Origin: an uncultured Candidatus Saccharibacteria bacterium
Lineage (GTDB): Bacteria; Patescibacteriota; Minisyncoccia; Phycocordibacterales; UBA9973
Reading direction: 5' to 3'
DNA: 48,795 nucleotides
Assembly (NCBI GenBank): GCA_964618365.1
Contig: CAZUAA010000001.1
Location: forward strand, 1-48,795
Shown: positions 44,927-48,795 of the stretch, piece after piece
Layout: every line of letters starts with the position of its first letter
How positions within the stretch are numbered: the first letter of the stretch is position 1
The notes under the pieces: model-generated
The model's input: only the letters and a program-made list of their open reading frames with translations
The model's database searches: none
Told to the model about the DNA's origin: nothing
Made by a program: the position numbers and the translations under genes

Positions 44927-44955
44927 ATTATATACCTTTATGTGATTTTTGTCAA
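44927..44955 (-). promoter_or_regulatory. Consensus sigma-70 promoter: TTGACA, 17-nt spacer, TATAAT
   Basis: The minus strand reads TTGACAaaaatcacataaaggtaTATAAT, with the -35 box at 44950-44955 and the -10 box at 44927-44932. Confidence 0.75.
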
Positions 44956-44989
44956 GTATTTTGCAATATATTAAATTAGTGTTATTATT

Positions 44990-45176
44990 TAAGGGTGTGA
45001 TCGAGGTTATCAGCCTTTGCCTTATTTATAAGGCTAGCACTGGGAAGAAAATCGAAAGATGAGTAGAACCCTATAAATGAGTTCCGCTTTGCGGAAGAAA
45101 AAAGGTGGTACCACGGGCTTAGAAACTCGTCCTTATATAACAATCTATTGGATTGCTATATGTGGACGAGTTTTTT
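44990..45176 (+). promoter_or_regulatory. T-box riboswitch leader, Ile specifier (AUC)
   Basis: Stem I has the specifier-loop context gaaaAUCgaaag (ATC at 45051-45053) and an AGTA box (atgagtag). The T-box sequence is aaaaaGGTGGTACCACGGG. A long terminator follows: ctcgtcc...ggacgag plus T6 (45126-45176). Confidence 0.85.
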
Positions 45177-45200
45177 AATTATTAATTTAATAGAAAACAT

Positions 45201-48200
45201 ATGAATGAAGAAATAAAATCACAAAGGGCACAGAATGAAGAAAAAATTTTAGAATTTTGGAAAGAAAATAATATATTCCAAAAAAGTTTGGAAAAGGATT
45301 CGCCAAAAGGGGAATATGTTTTCTATGATGGACCACCTTTTGCTACTGGGCTACCTCACTATGGTCATATTCTTGGAAGTACCGTTAAAGATGTTATTGG
45401 TAGATATAAGACCATGAGTGGTTTTAATGTTCCTCGTCGTTGGGGGTGGGATTGTCACGGTTTACCAATTGAAAATATAGTTGAAAAAGATTTAGGTATT
45501 TCAGGGAAGAAAGCGATTGAAGAACTTGGAATTGCTAAATTTACCGAACATGCTCGTAGTAAGGTTTTGACTTATGTTGGTGAATGGAAAAAGACAATCG
45601 ATCGCATGGGGCGTTGGGTAGATTTCGACAATTCATATAAAACTATGGATAACACTTTTATTGAAAGTGTTTGGTGGGCACTTGGTGAGATGAACAATAA
45701 AGGATTACTCTATGAAGGTGTTAGAGTTCTTGCTTATTGTCCACGATGCGAGACTCCAATTGCAAATTCTGAAATAGCTATGGACAATAGTTATAAAGAT
45801 ATAACTGATATTTCAGTATATGTAAAATTTAAAATTCTTAATGAGGATTATCCTAATACATATCTATTGGCTTGGACGACAACCCCTTGGACTCTTCCAG
45901 GGAATACAGCAATTGCTATTCATAAAGACATTATTTATTCAGCAGTCAGAGTCAAAGGAATTGAAGAGCTTCTTATTGTTGCGAAAGAAAGTATCTTAAA
46001 TGTTTTTAAAGATAAAGAAATTGAGATAATTCATGGTGATATTAAAGGATCTGATTTAGTCGGTCTTTCTTATGAGCCAATATTTAATTACTATAAAAAT
46101 TTAGATATACCAAATAAAGAGAATATTTGGAAAGTTTGGCATGCAGATTTTGTGACATTGGATAAAGGGACAGGAATTGCTCATGAGGCTCCAGCCTTTG
46201 GTGAGGATGATATGAATCTTGCGAAAATAAATAATATTCCATTTATTCGTCACGTTGAGCCGAATGGAGATTTTTCAAAAGAAGTAATAGATTTCCCAAA
46301 TATAAAAGTAAAACCAAAAGAAGACCATCAATCGACAGATATTCTTATTATTAAGTACCTTGCTCATACGGGTAGTCTATTTGCTAAAGAAAAAATTATT
46401 CACTCGTATCCGCATTGTTATCGTTGTGAGACTCCACTTTTGTATTATGCTCTTCCTTCTTGGTTTATAAATATTCAAAAAGTTAAGAATGACTTATTGA
46501 AAAAAGGTGAAGATATGAATTGGATTCCTAGTCACCTAAAAGATGGACGATTTAAGAATACCATGGAATCTGCTCCTGATTGGACAATTTCTAGAAATCG
46601 ATATTGGGCAAGTCCACTACCTATATGGAAAAACAAAGATGGTAAAGTTATGATGGTAAATTCTGTTGAGGATTTAAAATATAAAACCAAAAAATCTGGG
46701 AATAAATATTTTGTTATGCGACATGGTGAGACAGAGTGTAATGTTAGAGGGGAGGTTAGTTCTACTGTAAACAATGATGATAATCTAACAAGTAAAGGGG
46801 TTGAACAGGTTTTAAAATCTGCAGATGAATTAAAAAATAAAAATATTGACCACATCATAACTTCTCCTTTTGTGAGAACCCGAGAAACAGCAGAATTATT
46901 GGCCGAAAAAATTGGATATGATAAAGAAAAAATTATTTATGATGATAGGCTTCATGAAATGTCTGTACCTATGTATGAAGGAAAGAAATGGAAAGAATAT
47001 CATGATGCTTATGCTAAAACTGTAGAGAATTTTTACAAAGCACCCGAAGGTAATGAGTCGTATGAAGATGTGCGACGCAGGTCAATGAGTTTTTTGTATG
47101 AAATAGAAAAAGAATATTCTGGTAAAAATATTTTGATTGTTACTCACGGAAGCCCTGTTTGGCAAATGTTTTCGGAAGTCAATGGATTAAGTACTGAAGA
47201 ATCATTAGGAATAGTTAAAACAGAAATGAGTTTTAACTATTTAGGAAATGGTGAATTTGTAGAATTACCTTTTGTTCCATTACCACATAATGCTGAATAT
47301 AAATTTGATTTACATAGGCCTTATATAGACAATATTGTTCTTGTGGATGAAAAAGGTGATGAATATAAAAGAATTCCAGAAGTTATTGATTGCTGGTTTG
47401 AATCAGGTTCAATGCCTTTTGCTCAAGATCACTTCCCATTTGAAAATAAAGATTGGCAAAAAAATAATTTCCCTGCAGGTTTTGTGGCTGAATACATAGC
47501 TCAAACAAGGACCTGGTTTTATTATACTCATGCAATTTCCACGATTCTTTTTGGAAATGCTCCGTTTGAAAACGTTGTTACTACGGGGACTGTTTTGGCT
47601 GAAGACGGAAGTAAAATGTCAAAATCAAAGAATAATTATCCAGATCCTTGGAAGTTGTTTAATAAATATGGAGTTGATGCGCTTCGTTTTTATCTCATAT
47701 CTAGTACTTTAATGAAAGGTGAAGATGTAAATTTTTCTGAAAAATTAGTACAAGAAGTTTCAAGCAAAATCATAAATAGATTTGATAATGTTGTTTCATT
47801 TTATGAATTATATAGAAATAAAGATATAGAAGCTGAAGAATATAGAGTTTCTGGTAATATTTTAGATAAATGGATAATTACTAGATTAAATCAATTAAAG
47901 ATAGAGGTAAAAAATGGGATGGAATTATATGATTTATCTTTAGCTACAAAACCTTTTGATTTATTTATAGAAGATCTTTCTACTTGGTATTTACGTCGAT
48001 CTCGAGATGTATTAAAGGATGGGAATAGGGATTCTTTGTATACTCTTTATTTTGTGATAAAAACAACAGTCCAACTTTTTGCACCTTTTATGCCTTTTAT
48101 TGCTGAAGAGATTTGGAAAAAGATTAAATTAGATTCTGATCCTAATAGTGTTCATTTAAGTAATTTCTTTTTAGATCTTAAAATAGAAGATATAAATATT

Positions 48201-48677
48201 AGTATTATTAATGAAATGAAAGAAGTAAGAGAGATTGTGACTCTTGGACTTCAGGCAAGACAAAAAGTAGGAATACCAGTTAGACAGCCACTTGGAAGAT
48301 TATTAATTACTAATTATCAATTACCAGTTGAATATGAGGAGATAGTAAAAGATGAATTAAATGTTAAAGAAATAAAAATAATTGATGATGGAGAAAAAAA
48401 TATAAAACTAGACACTGAAATTACTCCAGAACTTAAAGAAGAGGGGAATTATCGTGAACTGGTACGTGCAATACAAGATATGAGAAAGAAAATGGGGCTT
48501 AATCCAAATGATGTGGTGAACCTAGAGATAGAAACTGGAGTAGAAGGGCAGAAAATAATAAATAGATTTGAAAAAGAATTTGAAAAGGCAGTAAGTGCTA
48601 AGGTGTCTATACAAGAAAATGGAGGAGAGCAAATAAAAATAAGTGATTTATTGTTTATTGTAAATTTGGTAAAATAG
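45201..48677 (+). CDS. ileS: Isoleucine--tRNA ligase with an inserted histidine-phosphatase (PGM-like) domain
   Basis: Contains HIGH (PHYGHILG), KMSKS, the editing-domain motif WTTTPWTLP and CWFESGSMPF. Residues ~500-700 carry RHGETECN, TSPFVRTRETA and VTHGS. Confidence 0.95.
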   Translation: MNEEIKSQRAQNEEKILEFWKENNIFQKSLEKDSPKGEYVFYDGPPFATGLPHYGHILGSTVKDVIGRYKTMSGFNVPRRWGWDCHGLPIENIVEKDLGISGKKAIEELGIAKFTEHARSKVLTYVGEWKKTIDRMGRWVDFDNSYKTMDNTFIESVWWALGEMNNKGLLYEGVRVLAYCPRCETPIANSEIAMDNSYKDITDISVYVKFKILNEDYPNTYLLAWTTTPWTLPGNTAIAIHKDIIYSAVRVKGIEELLIVAKESILNVFKDKEIEIIHGDIKGSDLVGLSYEPIFNYYKNLDIPNKENIWKVWHADFVTLDKGTGIAHEAPAFGEDDMNLAKINNIPFIRHVEPNGDFSKEVIDFPNIKVKPKEDHQSTDILIIKYLAHTGSLFAKEKIIHSYPHCYRCETPLLYYALPSWFINIQKVKNDLLKKGEDMNWIPSHLKDGRFKNTMESAPDWTISRNRYWASPLPIWKNKDGKVMMVNSVEDLKYKTKKSGNKYFVMRHGETECNVRGEVSSTVNNDDNLTSKGVEQVLKSADELKNKNIDHIITSPFVRTRETAELLAEKIGYDKEKIIYDDRLHEMSVPMYEGKKWKEYHDAYAKTVENFYKAPEGNESYEDVRRRSMSFLYEIEKEYSGKNILIVTHGSPVWQMFSEVNGLSTEESLGIVKTEMSFNYLGNGEFVELPFVPLPHNAEYKFDLHRPYIDNIVLVDEKGDEYKRIPEVIDCWFESGSMPFAQDHFPFENKDWQKNNFPAGFVAEYIAQTRTWFYYTHAISTILFGNAPFENVVTTGTVLAEDGSKMSKSKNNYPDPWKLFNKYGVDALRFYLISSTLMKGEDVNFSEKLVQEVSSKIINRFDNVVSFYELYRNKDIEAEEYRVSGNILDKWIITRLNQLKIEVKNGMELYDLSLATKPFDLFIEDLSTWYLRRSRDVLKDGNRDSLYTLYFVIKTTVQLFAPFMPFIAEEIWKKIKLDSDPNSVHLSNFFLDLKIEDINISIINEMKEVREIVTLGLQARQKVGIPVRQPLGRLLITNYQLPVEYEEIVKDELNVKEIKIIDDGEKNIKLDTEITPELKEEGNYRELVRAIQDMRKKMGLNPNDVVNLEIETGVEGQKIINRFEKEFEKAVSAKVSIQENGGEQIKISDLLFIVNLVK

Positions 48678-48681
48678 TAGG

Positions 48682-48795
48682 ATGCATCACCATATTTATC
48701 ACACTCATGGATTTGTTTTAAACTCTAGGAATAAAGGGGAGGCTAATAAAATGCTCACGATTTATACTCGTGAGCTGGGGTTACTTCGTGTGATG
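48682..48795 (+). CDS. recO: DNA repair protein RecO, N-terminal fragment (runs off the window)
   Basis: The translation MHHHIYHTHGFVLNSRNKGEANKMLTIYTRELGLLRVM matches the RecO OB-fold N-terminal pattern G.VL....GE..K......T.E.G. Confidence 0.55.
   Translation, partial: MHHHIYHTHGFVLNSRNKGEANKMLTIYTRELGLLRVM

Overview
Strongly AT-rich, gene-dense bacterial chromosomal segment. Small genes, tRNAs mostly without encoded CCA, many short membrane ORFs and reduced metabolism suggest a Patescibacteria/CPR (Parcubacteria-like) genome; that assignment is inference. TGA is used as a stop and an RF2 gene is present, so the standard bacterial code applies. No rRNA, CRISPR array, transposase or integrase was seen.

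Recognisable content:
- Six tRNAs: two CAU, Thr-GGU, Thr-CGU, Gln-CUG.
- Housekeeping genes: prfB-ftsE-ftsX-pyrG, pyrD, argS, and a T-box-controlled ileS.
- An ECF sigma plus MacAB-like efflux operon.
- A long dTMP/deoxynucleotide-sanitation cluster: dCMP deaminase, MazG, folA, thyA, glyA, two Nudix, tmk-like, rhodanese, dut.
- An oxidative pentose-phosphate operon (pgl-gnd-zwf).
- A DUF5343-like/HEPN pair next to tRNA-Gln.

The most unusual feature is an 8.6-kb operon-like array of five tandem paralogous genes (32859-41460). They encode 557-589 aa cysteine-rich, apparently cytoplasmic proteins with zinc-ribbon-like modules at both ends and an internally duplicated Cys-ladder core. I cannot assign them to any named family. 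Two gene junctions share 106 nt of perfect identity although the gene bodies have diverged.

Other notable items:
- An IleS carrying a complete histidine-phosphatase domain as an internal insertion.
- A roughly 200-nt candidate sRNA with a perfect consensus promoter and its own terminator.
- A recurrent TATAAT-N6/7-ATG (leaderless) start architecture, which implies several ORF-track starts are over-extended.
- A triplicated 3' end of tRNA-Thr(GGU).
- An unlisted rubredoxin gene.
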